Part shown: in pieces, positions 39,211 through 51,949 of the stretch
Layout: each line of letters starts with the position of its first letter
Numbering within the stretch: position 1 is the stretch's first letter
Assembly (NCBI GenBank): GCA_044892525.1
Contig: CM097885.1
Span: 42,470,001 to 42,534,000, forward strand
From: Schmidtea polychroa
Lineage: Eukaryota
Direction: 5' to 3'
Length of the DNA stretch: 64,000 nucleotides
Notes under the pieces: generated by a model
The model's database searches: none
What the model saw: the letters and a program-made list of their open reading frames with translations, nothing else
Told to the model about the DNA's origin: nothing
Translations under genes and position numbers: made by a program

Positions 39211-39944
39211 TATTTTAAAAATAAAACAATGAGTCAAGACAGAAAATTATCTGAAAAAGATTTTCACTGTAAGAACAAGACAAGCAATTTTATTTTCCGA
39301 CGGATTCTTGATATATCAACGACTAGATAAATTTTTCAATAAGTCACACATTATGAAACAATTTATTATTTCATGTAGATCCAAATACTAATTAAAACTA
39401 AACGTTGTCAAAGCATCTACTTACATTTTTGACTTTTTACAACCGCGGAATGAAACAACTTGCAGACCATATAAAACAGTGGTCGTTATTTTGAAGAATA
39501 AAGTTAATTTGCTGTCGTTTTATATGTTTAGTTCTTTTAAACAATCTCGAAAATTAGTTCCATAATCTGACATTCATTGAGAAGCTATTTACATGTGAAA
39601 TTTCCGGGAAATTGCATTGTATTAAAACTTGAATTTTGCGACATAATGCAAATTTTTTTGCACATCAGACTGAATTTTAGATGGCATATGTTTTGTCTGA
39701 AAATTTGTTTGACAATTTTCCTGTAAATATTTAAAATAAATAATGGTAAAGATATTTAACAACTATTAAAAAATTATAGACTTTATTAATTTATACTGAT
39801 AATACCTCAATAATTATTTTAGCAATCAGAACTTTAACATTCATTCTTTAAATTTTTTTTCAGTTACAAAGATTTAAAATTTCTTGAATGTAATAATAAT
39901 AACAATAATAATAAAACAACACAAATAAAGAAAACAATTGCACA

Positions 39945-40163
39945 ATGGAAAAATGCCAGACACCGAAAAATATGTGCTTTAGAAAAAAAATCGACTATTG
40001 CATCACGTGCAATGTATGGAAGGAAATATACATTGGAAGTACACTCAGGACCTTTCACCAAAGAGTTAAAGAACATCTAGATCCTGGTGGAAAATCCTCG
40101 ATAAACAGACATCTCGAACAATGTCAACCAACAAAGGAAATAAAGAAGCAAGTCTTATTATAA
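39945..40163 (+). mobile_element. Penelope-like GIY-YIG endonuclease fragment
   Basis: YCITCNVWKEIYIGSTLRTFHQRVKEH...SSINRHLEQC. Confidence 0.78.
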
Positions 40164-40349
40164 ACAGACGGACAAAAATCAACACTAAAGAAGAAATCAA
40201 TGAAATCATCAATTTGATCTGTTGTCATTGACCTTGAGAATGACTGATAATATGTAAAAAATATAATAAATTAAAAAAAGTAATAATTAAACTAAAATAG
40301 AAATTTTAGGAAATATGCTTTCAAAAGATAGAATTTAAAAATCAAAATT

Positions 40350-40560
40350 GACACATTTATTAAAATATTTAAATCGCGTATATAAATAGTTATTGGAGGC
40401 TTTATTTTATGAATATTTTAAAATATTTTGAAATAATTTATTGAAGTAGGCTTCTAGGGGCTAATTATAGAAGCTTTAAAAATTGAAAAATTTAAGTTGG
40501 TGTCATTTTGAATTTTTTGAATAATATTTATTTTAATTTTAAATAAAATTTTTAAAAATT
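40350..40560 (+). repeat. AT-rich dispersed repeat; second copy at ~42648-42860
   Basis: ACATTT.TTAAAATATTTAAAT.GCGT.TATAAATAGTTATTGGA...TAATTATAGAAGCTTTAAAAATT in both. Each copy directly follows a Penelope fragment. Confidence 0.7.
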
Positions 40561-41920
40561 CCAAAAAAGAAAGTATATCATTATATTATATTATATTTAT
40601 AACGAATGAGTNNNNNNNNNNNNNNNNNNNNNNNNNNNNNNNNNNNNNNNNNNNNNNNNNNNNNNNNNNNNNNNNNNNNNNNNNNNNNNNNNNNNNNNNN
40701 NNNNNNNNNNNNNNNNNNNNNNNNNNNNNNNNNNNNNNNNNNNNNNNNNNNNNNNNNNNNNNNNNNNNNNNNNNNNNNAATTATAATTTTATATTATTAA
40801 AAAAAATTATTATTGTCACGTGAATTCATTTTAGAAAGAAAATATAAAATTATTGATCAATTGTTCTGTAAAAAATGTGCCAAAATTCCCAAACGAATCA
40901 GTCAGCACATAATTAGAATAGCATAAATGTTAATTTATAATTAGCAGCGCAAAAAATTGTACTAATTCCAAAGGAACTTTAAATATTTTATCTAATAAAT
41001 TTCTCGATAATGTTAGTTGAAAAAAAATCCCACAGAAATTCACGTTTATTCCCTAGTCAAATTCGAACCATATAATAAACAGTAAAACAAATTTTAATTG
41101 AAAATAATAAAACAAATCGTCAATTTATTAGTAAAAATAATTGATAAATCGCAATTGACCAGTTAGAATTTATATCTCAAAAAACTCAACTCCGTGTTAT
41201 ATTTGAAAAGAATTTGTCATTCTTTACATTAATAATTGGGAAATTTACCGAACTACATGGAACATATGTTTCCTAGTTTCCCGCCGTTCACAATCTCTGA
41301 CATGTTATTTACAAACTATAAATTATTGGTAATGAAATTTATGTCAGCTTTAGAACTTGGTAATTATTTGTGTTTTTTGTGCATATACTTGCTTGTGAAT
41401 CCGTTTCATTATACGAACCAGGTTTTCCAGTGCCTTTACTAGTTCATCAGATAAATAAAAATTTTTTTCATTATCCTCAAAAAGCTACCGCAAAAAAATG
41501 TAAAAAGTTGACATAATAAAAATAAAAATAACATTAAAATTCATGGTTTATTTAGACACATAATATAATGCAAGTTTCAGCAAAATATCCACTGAAATTG
41601 AAATGTAATAAAAAATACATTTTAATTCCAAAAATCATTGTGAAAAAGAAAAAAGCGGATACTCAAACAATTACAAATTTAGTTTTATTTATATTTGTAG
41701 TGATCAGAGTTACGTTGTAATATATTCTTGGAAACGTTCTTTTTTGTATACGTAGTGAGTAGACATTTTTAATTTTGAAGTAGTCATATAATAATAGGTG
41801 AAGAAAATGAAGTTCGTTTTACTCTTTCATTTTTTGTATCACAGTATCACCAGAGTTTTAAAAGCTTTCGAAGTTAAGATTTCACATATCAAATATTGAA
41901 GTGTAATAAAATTTTTTGTT

Positions 41921-42032
41921 TTGCAAAAGAAAACCAGAAGTGAAATTCACAAGTTGTTGCAGTCAACCTATCAGAAGTATACTCCATCTTTATCAACTGT
42001 AAAGAACTGGGTAAATGCATTCAGAGATGGTC
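41921..42032 (+). mobile_element. Mariner transposase HTH relic
   Basis: LQKKTRSEIHKLLQSTYQKYTPSLSTVKNWVNAFRDG matches the mariner N-terminal pattern EIH..L...Y....PS.STV..W...F..G. Confidence 0.6.
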
Positions 42033-42419
42033 TTTGGGATTAACTCTTTGGGATTAATAATAATTTCTTTTCAAATTCATAATAAATTTTGGTTTTTCCT
42101 ATTAAATTTAAAAAAGATCTTTATAATCAATCAATCCATTTGAAAACAACAACAACAAACCATGTACCCTCAATTTAACACTAAACTATTTAAAAACATT
42201 TAAAACACAAATGTTCACAACATTTTGGACATTAATTTTCGGATTCAATGACCTTATCAACCAAGCTTCATATTTATCACATTTTCCCAATTAAAACAAA
42301 GTTTTTATTAAAATATGTTGATAAACTTGTTAAAAATCCTAAAGATCCATGTTTGAGAATGTCTAGGTGTAATTTGACTAGCCGGATAGTGAAGTAAATA
42401 AATATTTTTTGTACAAAAT

Positions 42420-42650
42420 GCCTATAAACAAGTTAAAGGTCTGTCTATGGGTTCTAGCATATCAGGATTGTTAACAATCATCTTTATGGATAACCTCGAA
42501 CGACAAACACTTAGGACCATACAATCCATCAGTTTCTACGCAAGATATGTAGATGATATTTTTATCACGACCAATAGCAGAAAAGAAGCGGAGGAAATAT
42601 TTCATACATTCAATGCTGCTCACCGAGATATTAAGTTTGGAATCGAAACA
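42420..42650 (+). mobile_element. Penelope-like reverse transcriptase fragment
   Basis: GLSMGSSISGLLTIIFMDNLE (G..MGSP-type motif), FYARYVDDIF, IKFGIE. Confidence 0.82.
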
Positions 42651-43511
42651 TTTTTTAAAATATTTAAATTGCGTGTATAAATAGTTATTGGAAACTATAT
42701 TTTATTAATATTTTAAGATAGTATTTATTAAAATAGGTTTCTATGAGATAATTATAGAAGCTTTAAAAATTTTAAATTTTTTCTTAGTGTGTCGTTTTGA
42801 ATTTTAAACGATATTTAATTAAAAAAAATTGTTATTTTAAATTCTTCAAAAAAAAATTTATTATTATTTTTAACCAATGAAAAGTAAGAAAAAGAAAATT
42901 AAAGAGAAAATCAAAGAGTATTTTGGTAAATAGATGAAGCTAAATTCCATGAAATTGAAAAGAGCTATCTTATAGTCGAAATTTTTTTCATTTATATTTA
43001 AAATATTTTATTCGCTGTAAAAGGCTTAAAAAATTATCATTTTATTGTTCTTGTAATTCTTGTAATTTGTTGTAATTTTTTGTAACTTGTTAATTACATA
43101 CACTAAAATCTTATTAATATACAACTTTATTTTGGATATTATATTTATTTATAATTTTAGATAATTTAAATCAAGGTTTAAATGTATTAATTCAAGATTT
43201 GAATATATTAATTCAAGACCCTGTATGATATTAATTATAGGTTTACCCTTTGTCAAGCAAACCAATGATTTAAATATGAAATAATTATGATATCAATAAA
43301 TCTAAATGCATCGTTGTGCGATTTCTTGAATCAGTAACAATCAATAAATTTCAAATTCAACAATTAAAAAATAATATTAATTAAATATAAAATATATATT
43401 TTCGTATAATTTTAACTGTTAAAATTAAAAATAATTTTTATTCTCATTTATTTATTTTAAGTTTAAATATATAAATACAATAATATATTATTAGATTTAT
43501 ATTTATTTCAG

Positions 43512-43555
43512 GTATCATTAGTTACTCTCTCGGGATTATTACCATTTGGTACAAG
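43512..43555 (+). CDS. Possible isolated 44-nt internal exon of a host membrane-protein gene
   Basis: TTTATTTCAG|GTATC...TACAAG|GTAAAT in very AT-rich flanks. Open in two frames (IISYSLGIITIWYK and VSLVTLSGLLPFGT). Partner exons not found. Confidence 0.3.
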
Positions 43556-44984
43556 GTAAATTGTAATTCATTGTTTAATAATTAATTTTTAATCATTTTT
43601 ATTCCTTTTATTATTTTATATTTACATGGCCACATTTTCTTAATTTCTTCCATTCTGAAATGAATTGTCACATTCGGTCTTAATCTTAAAGTATAATATT
43701 TATGAAAATTTGAATAAACTAATAAAAATTATCATTTGTAACGGTAACTTTTGTTTAAAAAACACCGTAAACATATTTAAACAAAAAATGACTTTGTCAA
43801 AAGTTACNNNNNNNNNNNNNNNNNNNNNNNNNNNNNNNNNNNNNNNNNNNNNNNNNNNNNNNNNNNNNNNNNNNNNNNNNNNNNNNNNNNNNNNNNNNNN
43901 NNNNNNNNNNNNNNNNNNNNNNNNNNNNNNNNNNNNNNNNNNNNNNNNNNNNNNNNNNNAAATGAACAAATTATACTGTATATTTGTCTTAGTTATTTAA
44001 ATCAAACTAATCAGTAATTGTACTCTAGTCCTTGTGTCACTTTAGTAATACTCTACTGTAGATCATGTTGACCCTGCGATTTTTTTATTCTTTTTTTTAA
44101 TATTTATTCATATTCTTTTAGAATTAATAGTAAAATTTCTTGAACAACCAAAAAACTACAATATTTAAATTTTCCCTATTTTTGGAGAAAAAATTGAGTT
44201 TTTACTCGTTGTGGTAGATACGGTAAAATGAAAATTGACCAATAGAATCCTCCATTGAACACCGTAAAAATTACATGACAATAAATACTTCTACGACAGG
44301 ATTTAATATGAATAGTTGAATAATATTTTGTTCACAAATACGTAAACATTATTTAAAGAGATAACGGGTGAAAAATCGAGAAATATTTCCAAATTCATTA
44401 AAAATCTGAAGAAATTTCTCAACAAAGTGCAATAAAAAGTCCCAAAATTGATATTACATTATCAAATTTCCAAAATTTTATTTTTAATGCTTACTTCTAA
44501 TGACAACAAATGGAGACCAAGCTCAGATGCATTGAATGGCAGGCAATTATATTTATATACATTCTCTGAGAAAATTTTAATTAGACATATTTTATAGTTA
44601 TAATTTATACATTCAGTATATTATATAAAAATGTCTAGTTGATAAAATTGCAAAGGAATTGGTTTGAGAAATGTGTCACAGTTTAGCAATTAACTGGCAT
44701 ATTTTAGATAAATGTTTATAATAAGTTGTTTTTTGCAGATACTCTTCATCATTTCCAAACGACATTCATTCCACTATTATTCCAAATGCATGTAAAATCG
44801 CTTAGGTCATCACGTTAGAAGAAAATTTAACTTAAACTAAATTTGCACACCCCTGTAAATACTTCAATAACTCATTTTATGAGCTCAAAAATATAATTCA
44901 AATTAAAATAATCTAATATTAGATTTGACACAATACTCTTTTTCTGGATTGTGTGTATTTAAAAATGGCTACTATTTAATGACG

Positions 44985-45630
44985 AACCAAATTAATTGAA
45001 TTTGAAGCAATTTTTTATTAATAAGGCACCAATTAAATAAATACATAATGAACAAAATTAATTTTTTATGCACCAAATTATTTTAAAATTTAACTTAATT
45101 AATTTCGCAATGAGCATCATTTAAAGTCCACTCAGAGTTACGTATAATAAAGTCGATAGTCTGGACGATAAATCTGTAAATATCCTCATCTGAGCTCCGC
45201 TTAAATACTATTCCATGGAAATAATGACAGTGCCATATATTTTTAATTTTATATAATAGTAATTTATCCGACTAAATATTTTGTTCCCCTAGGAGTATGG
45301 TTACTAAGGGTACTGGACGCCAGGTAATGTTTGTACTCAACACCCCACACCTCCACACACAAGCTTCGTGTAAAAGCTCAAGTATTTTGTTAAATATATG
45401 TCAGTGTAATGTAAAGGGTAAATAATATGGCTACACTTCAACACATATAGTATATATAGTACAATTACATACTATACAATTTGGTTCAAATGGTTTACTA
45501 TATTTGGTTCATTTTCAACTAAAATTGGTTCAGCTCAATTAAATTTGGTGCATTTATCAGTTAAAAAACAATTAATTAAATTTGGTGCATATTTCATTTA
45601 TTTTGGTTCAGATTTCAATTTTTTTGGTCT
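44985..45630. repeat. Inward-facing arrays of ~9-bp motifs flanking a terminal-module copy
   Basis: GAACCAAAT/GCACCAA(A)T copies at ~44985-45085 and ATTTGGTTCA/ATTTGGTGCA copies at ~45478-45610; module (rc) at 45255-45342. Confidence 0.55.
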
Positions 45631-45928
45631 GCTTTAAGCCTTTAATAATCCTGATTAAATAACATATTTTAAAATAAAAACATCTATAAACAGAAAGAAA
45701 AGTCGTTATTTAATAAATTTTACTGGCTTTTATTAAATATAAATTTTTACAGGCTCGAAACATTACAAATATGAAATAACTAACTACTCGTAATTTTTAA
45801 GCAGTGTCAGATTTTCTAAAAAATTCTAGACGTCATCCCCATTGGTATGCAGATTGGAAGAAGCGTTTCATGTTTCACATTACATAATCCAAATGCATGT
45901 AAAATCGCTTAGGTCATCACATCAGTGT

Positions 45929-46236
45929 TATTAGAAGAAAATTTAACTTTATTCATAAGTTGTTTCTAAAATACATTTTCGCAGTCCTTATTCGATTTTC
46001 CAATTTCTTTGTCTTCTAATTCAATATTTTTATAATCGATTTTCTTTTCTTCGAAAAAACTTATTTCATATCATCCGTCACATTCATTTTTAAATAATTA
46101 TTGAATTATTTTAGAAAATTTATATCTCCAACTACTTTTGAAATAACACATCAAACATCATAAAAATTCACTGCTTTTGAAATATTACTTAAATTAATAT
46201 TAAAATTTGATTTTCCCATTACAATTATTTTACTCC
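45929..46236 (-). mobile_element. Older Gypsy relic, part distal to the insertion (protease C-terminal remnant)
   Basis: The minus-strand frame continues across the TSD (GSKIIVMGKI...SKVVGDINFL), paralleling DSPIEICGKI...KLIGGIDFL of the younger element. Confidence 0.6.
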
Positions 46237-46410
46237 TGTGAGGCGTTTTGTAATTTGTATTTAAATAATGGTATGATGTTGTGCATGTTTGATTGTATTT
46301 TGAAATCCTTGCTTATACATTAATTATTATTTTTAGAAACTCCTCAAACAAATTAACGTTATAATTTGTTTTAATAATATTTGTGTTTTTATAATAAACG
46401 TGTTTTAGTT

Positions 46411-47433
46411 ATGGATTCTATTAATACCCATAGCTCTGTGGCTAATATGGCGACCACGATTGCAAATTTTATCAAGCCACCAGAAACATATGACATGGAT
46501 TCAGACGTGGAAGATTTTATCTTAGAAACGGAACGATTCTTCGAGATGACAAATATTGTCGATGAATACAGAAGCAAATTCGTCAAAGCTTTTCTATCAA
46601 TCAATTCAACGAAGAAATATGAGTTGACTAATGAAACTCTGCATTATACAGAAAGATTAAGAAACGCTTTTGCTAAGAACAGAAGTCTTATCGATGATCT
46701 CAACGAAGCGCTAAATTATCGTCAAGGAAATGAGGTTGCCGAAGAATTCTGCTCAAAAATTGAGAAACTTGCAAAAAATATTTTAAAGCATAAACTTGAT
46801 GAAGAAGAACTAAAGAAATTTTTGCTATTCAATTCGCTTGAAGATAAAGAAGTTAAAAAAGATCTCAAAATGCAAGATTTAAAATCATTTGATGAAATGA
46901 AAGAAAGATTAAAGAGACACGATCAAGTTTCAAAAGAAATTAATGTATTTCATGCTGATGTAGCTTCAATGAATAAAACACAACGCTATGCTGATGCTGT
47001 TAAGAAGAGCTTACCAAGATATAGTTATGATAACAGATCAATTCGAGAACGAGAAGCTAATCCCAGATTCAAAGGCGATCTTACCAGAGAACATCGATAT
47101 GCTATTTCAAATGGATGGAAACCTATGAATAGAAGTAAGCCTTATAATACCAGAGAATTTCATTCGCGAGATCATGTCCGAACAAATCAAATTTTGCGAT
47201 GTTTGGCGTGCCACGAAGAAGGTCATAGAAGATCTGAATGCCCCAATATTCAATGTGCCCATTGTAAAAGATCTGGACATTTCAAACATCAGTGCCATGA
47301 GTTATTTCCAGGCAGATGTCAAAAATTCCATAAATCAGTGGCTGCATTCGGTGACGAGGATCCAGAGGCTGATTTTGAGTACCCAAATGGGAATGCTCCA
47401 CCACACGAGGAGGTGATCGGAGCAATAAATTAA
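46411..47433 (+). CDS. gag: Gag with two CCHC zinc knuckles
   Basis: Open frame with CLACHEEGHRRSEC and CAHCKRSGHFKHQC. First ATGs are at 46411 (inside the LTR) and 46447. Confidence 0.9.
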   Translation: MDSINTHSSVANMATTIANFIKPPETYDMDSDVEDFILETERFFEMTNIVDEYRSKFVKAFLSINSTKKYELTNETLHYTERLRNAFAKNRSLIDDLNEALNYRQGNEVAEEFCSKIEKLAKNILKHKLDEEELKKFLLFNSLEDKEVKKDLKMQDLKSFDEMKERLKRHDQVSKEINVFHADVASMNKTQRYADAVKKSLPRYSYDNRSIREREANPRFKGDLTREHRYAISNGWKPMNRSKPYNTREFHSRDHVRTNQILRCLACHEEGHRRSECPNIQCAHCKRSGHFKHQCHELFPGRCQKFHKSVAAFGDEDPEADFEYPNGNAPPHEEVIGAIN

Positions 47434-47447
47434 AGGTAATTAATGAT

Positions 47448-50400
47448 ATGAGTAAGGGTTGTATGATTTTGAATGATTGTGATAGTTTGAATGATAACTG
47501 TTGTGATGGTGTTTTTGATTATAGAAATTATATTAATATATACATTAATAAATTTTGTATGGATGAAGTTTTTAAAGATCCACCCCTAACTTCTAATGAA
47601 ATAAATGTTCTTAATCGTGATAAACGGAATGATATAATAGTATACGATAAAATGCAGGGAAGGCCCAGTGTTACCGTGATGATTAATAATGTAAAATTAG
47701 TATGCCTATTAGATACTGGAGCTAAAATAAGTGTGATTGATTATAATATTTTTAAAAACTTGGAAATTTGAATGACTACAAGTAATTTAAAATTAAGATG
47801 TGCGAATGATAGCCCGATTGAAATTTGCGGTAAAATTTTATTAAATGAAAAAGTTGATAAAATTTCTGATATTAAAAAAGTAGAATTCGTTGTAGCCAAA
47901 GATATAAACCCAAAGTTAATAGGAGGTATAGATTTTCTCGAAAGATTTGGAATGCAATTGCAAATAGAAAACCGTACAGACGAAATAAATACAGTTATGG
48001 AAAATTCATTTAAGAACTATATAAGTGAAGATAAGATTATAAATAATTTAATTTCCACGTTTGAAAGTATTTTTATGAAACATAAATGGGATGTTGGAAA
48101 AACCGAACTATTAAAGCATGAAATACTTACTAAAGGTAGTCCGATTGTAATAAACCCAAGACGACAACCTATACATTTAATAGAAAAAATTGAAGAAAAT
48201 ATTCAAGAAATGTTGAAATATGGCATTATATCAGAATGTACATCTCCTTGGAATTCTCCATTAGTATGTGTTAAAAAGAAAAACAGTAGTGATATAAAAA
48301 TATGCTTGGACTACCGTGCTTTAAATAATATAACCGAAAGACCGATTTTTCCCATTCCAAATACTGATGAATTATTAGATATTCTTGACGGAGCAAAGTT
48401 TTTCTCGACAATTGATTTAGGCAATGCTTATTATCAAGTAGAACTCGATGATGCATCAAAATTGAAACAGCATTTTCGACAAAAAGCAAGCAATATTACT
48501 TTAACAGAATGCCATTTGGAATAGCAGCCGCACCAGTAACATTTCAAAGACTTATGAATTTGGTTCTTGGAGAATTAAATTGGAATGGAACAATTGTATA
48601 TCTGGATGATATCCTTATATTTTCAAAGACATTGAATGAACATTATAGTACCATTGAAAAGGTTTTTCAAAAGATTAAATTAGCAAATCTTAAAATAAGT
48701 CCAGCAAAATGTCAATTCAAAAGGAAAGAAGTAAAATTTTTGGGTCATATCATTGGTGAAGATGGAATACGTACGGATGAAAGCAAGATTGAAACTATTA
48801 AAAATTTTGAAAGACCTAAATGCGTAAAAAGTTTGAGAGGATTTTTAGGCTTGGCAAATTACTATCGCAGATTTATAGAAAATTACACCAAAGATTCCAA
48901 AGTATTAGAAGCGTTATGTGGAAGTAAACAAAAGAAGCTTATGTGGACTGATGAGTGTGAAACTTCATTTCAAAATTTAAAACTGAAATTGACGTCTACA
49001 CCTGTATTGAAGTTCCCAGATTTTTCTAAGCCATTCATTTTGGATACAGATGCAAGTTTTGACCGCATTGGTGCTGTTCTGTCTCAAAAAGATGGAAGTA
49101 AAGAAAGAGTAATCGCATATGGATCCCGAGCTATGAATAAACACGATTTGGGTTATTGTATAACAAGAAAGAAATTACTATCTATATTTTATTTTACTGG
49201 TCATTTTAAGCATTATCTATATGGTAAAAAGTTTATTTTGAGGACGGATCACAAAGCAATTACATTTATGATGAAGACAAAGAAAGCTATTACCCCACAA
49301 TTTCAAACTTGGATTAACCATCTTAGTGGTCTGGACATGGAGATTCAATACAGAAAAGGTGATAACCACAATAATGCCGACGCTTTATCTAGAAAAGAAT
49401 GTGAAACATGTGTTCAATGTCAAATGATTCATGAAAATCCTAAAATGGGTAAATTAAAAACAAGATTGTTGACACTGATGACTGATAATATTGAAAATAT
49501 ATGGCAACGGTGGGCAAATGCGGCTCTTAGAGCCGCATGCGGCTCTTCGTTGAGTAAACTGCGGCTCATTGATAATTGAATTTTTGATAATTGAATTTGA
49601 AAATTTTACTGCTTTTTAAAATTATTTTGTAGTAGGCGGCGCTTTGTTATAACAACGAGAGAGAAGCAATGAAAATAAATTTAGTGAAATTTAGTGAATT
49701 TTGATTAGTTAGTATTTTTGTTTGTACAATATTGCGGTCGTTTGTATATTTTAGTATAGTTTTCTATTCGTGTTTTTTGAAAAATTTGGTAAGAAGATTT
49801 TTTATGAAGCATTTTAAAATTTTAAATTAATTAAAATTAAATTTATGTCTTTTTATTATTTTGTTTAAATTTCAGTAATATAAGTTATTCAAATTTATTA
49901 TTACAATGACCTCAGAAAACATCAAAAAACGAAAATACAAACAAGAAAATAGAACTTTTCAAGAAGAATGGACAGAAAAGTTTTTTTTTATTGACAATAA
50001 TGGTAAATCGTTGTGTCTTATTTGTAAAGTTACAATTTCCAACTACAAAGTAACCAATTTAAAAGTTTTAAATCTACATTTGCATTTTTTGTGAACCCAT
50101 TTATTTGTGATATTATTGAAGATGGATTTCCAATTTCTGAAGTAATACTTGTTAAAAAAGCGGTTGGGGAATTGGAGTTATTAGATATGAAAGAGGACCA
50201 GGCTTTGCAAATGCACCATAAAGTTACTTCTATAATTGAATTTTGGAAACTCGTACCAGAGGCAAAATATCCACACTTAAAACAAGCTGCTTGCCGTCTA
50301 ATTTCAATTTTTGGTACAACATATTGTTGTGAATCTTTGTACTCCACAATGAAGTTCGTGAAGTCGAAATATCGTTCACAGTTGACCAATCAGCATCTTA

Positions 50401-51681
50401 CAGAATTGCTGCGAACAGCTTTAACAAAGTATACACCAAATTTCAAAGATTTGACCAAAAGTCTTCGTTAATTCAAGAAATTTTATTACTTTTTATTAAT
50501 GGATTTTTATTATATTTTATGTTTGTTACTTAAATTTTGAAATAATTGTTTTTAATAGCGTTTAAGTCTTTTTTAATCAAATTAATGAAATAAAAAAAAA
50601 TATGTAGTTCCTATGGTGGCTCTTTAAAAAATAAATTTTCGGAAAATGTCTCTCATTGAACTCATGCGTGCCCACCCTTGATATATGGCAAAAGAACTCG
50701 AAAGAAATTGAAAATATAAAAGAAAATATTAGTTTGATGCCAGATAAAACATTTTTTAAATATGTCAACGGAGTGATTATGACAAATAATAATAAAATTT
50801 GGATTCCAGAAGAAAACAAGTCTGAATTCATCATAGAATATCATAAAAAGCTCTGTCACGCGGGTGCTAATAAAGTAAAAATGTATGTATCAAACAATTT
50901 TGATATGAAAGATTTGGAGCAATCTATTCGTAATGTTGTACAATCCTGTGAAAACTGTCAAAAAAGAAAGGTTGATACAACTAAAACAAAAGAAGAAATA
51001 ATTTGCAAAAGTGATTCGAAATTATTTGAAACAATCTATGTAGATTTTTGTGGTCTATTACAACTTGCAATGAAAGGAGAAAGATATATTCTTGGGATTA
51101 TAGATCATCATAGTAAGTTTATTTCTTTACATGCAGTGAAATCGCAAGATGAAAAAACAGTGGTAAGATTACTGAAAGAAGAGTGGATAATGAAGTTTGG
51201 AGCACCAAGGATAATAAACTGTGACAGAGGTAAATCATTTGAATCAAAGCTAATGAAAGATTTTGCAGAATTCCACAATATTGAAATTAATTATTCAAGT
51301 CCATATCATCACTCAGCAAATGGACAGATTGAGAGACAATTCCGTACAATTAGAGATGCAATACAGATAACACTCAAAGATAAAAGACATAAATCATGGG
51401 TAGATATTCTTCCCGAAGTTCAGTTTATGTTGAATTCAACTTTTCAAAAAATAATTAGGAAGACTCCAGCTGAAATGGTGTTTGGGAAAAAGATTTATAG
51501 TGAATGGTTCTCAGAGATTGTGGAAGAAGAAAAAATCAATCAGGCGACAAATCGCGAATTTCAAATTGGAGATTGCGTATTGATCAAAGTAAATGTTCGA
51601 AATAAAGGTGATAACAGATACATGGGTCCAGGTGTGATTACTAAAAAGATTCATGATCGAAGTTATGAAATAAAATTGTAA
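47448..51681 (+). pseudogene. pol: Disrupted pol (protease, RT, RNase H, integrase)
   Basis: LDTGA; DYRALN, IDLGNAYYQ, MPFG, YLDD; TDAS, TDHKA, ADALSR; HKKLCHAG..CENC, VDFCG, NCDRG, QIERQ. Lesions: in-frame TGA at 47769, a frameshift near 48480 and the hAT insertion. Confidence 0.93.
49505..50680 (+). mobile_element. Internally deleted hAT (GTF2IRD2/SPIN-like) element, 1176 bp
   Basis: TIRs CAACGGTGGGCAA and GTGCCCACCCTTG; perfect 8-bp TSD ATATATGG; GCGGCTC subterminal repeats. N-terminal KRKYKQENRTFQEEWTEKFFF..LCLIC is fused to C-terminal EFWK..KYPHL..SIFGTTYCCESLYS..KSKYRSQLT. Confidence 0.95.
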
Positions 51682-51949
51682 AATGGAAGTTCCGTCACGA
51701 GAAATATTGAGTGGTTAAAGGTTTTCAAAAAGGGGGGATGTGAGGCGTTTTGTAATTTGTATTTAAATAATGGTATGATGTTGTGCATGTTTGATTGTAT
51801 TTTGAAATCCTTGCTTATACATTAATTATTATTTTTAGAAACTCCTCAAACAAATTAACGTTATAATTTGTTTTAATAATATTGTTGTTTTTATAATAAA
51901 CGTGTTTTTTTTATGGATTCTATTAATACCCGTAGCTCTGTGGCTAATA

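Larger units (their letters stand above)
46237..51949 (+). mobile_element. Ty3/Gypsy LTR retrotransposon, structurally complete but inactivated
   Basis: LTRs 46237-46447 and 51739-51949 (211 bp, about 5 differences); TSD ACTCC; PBS TGGCGACCACG at 46448; PPT AAAAAGGGGGGA before the 3' LTR; domain order gag-PR-RT-RH-INT. Confidence 0.97.

Noticed and set aside
43512-43555. Naming the micro-exon as TM9SF from LSGLLPFG
   Set aside because: Too short, frame ambiguous and no other exons found.
46389-50859. Minus-strand track ORFs within the Gypsy and hAT elements
   Set aside because: Antisense shadows of the real plus-strand frames.
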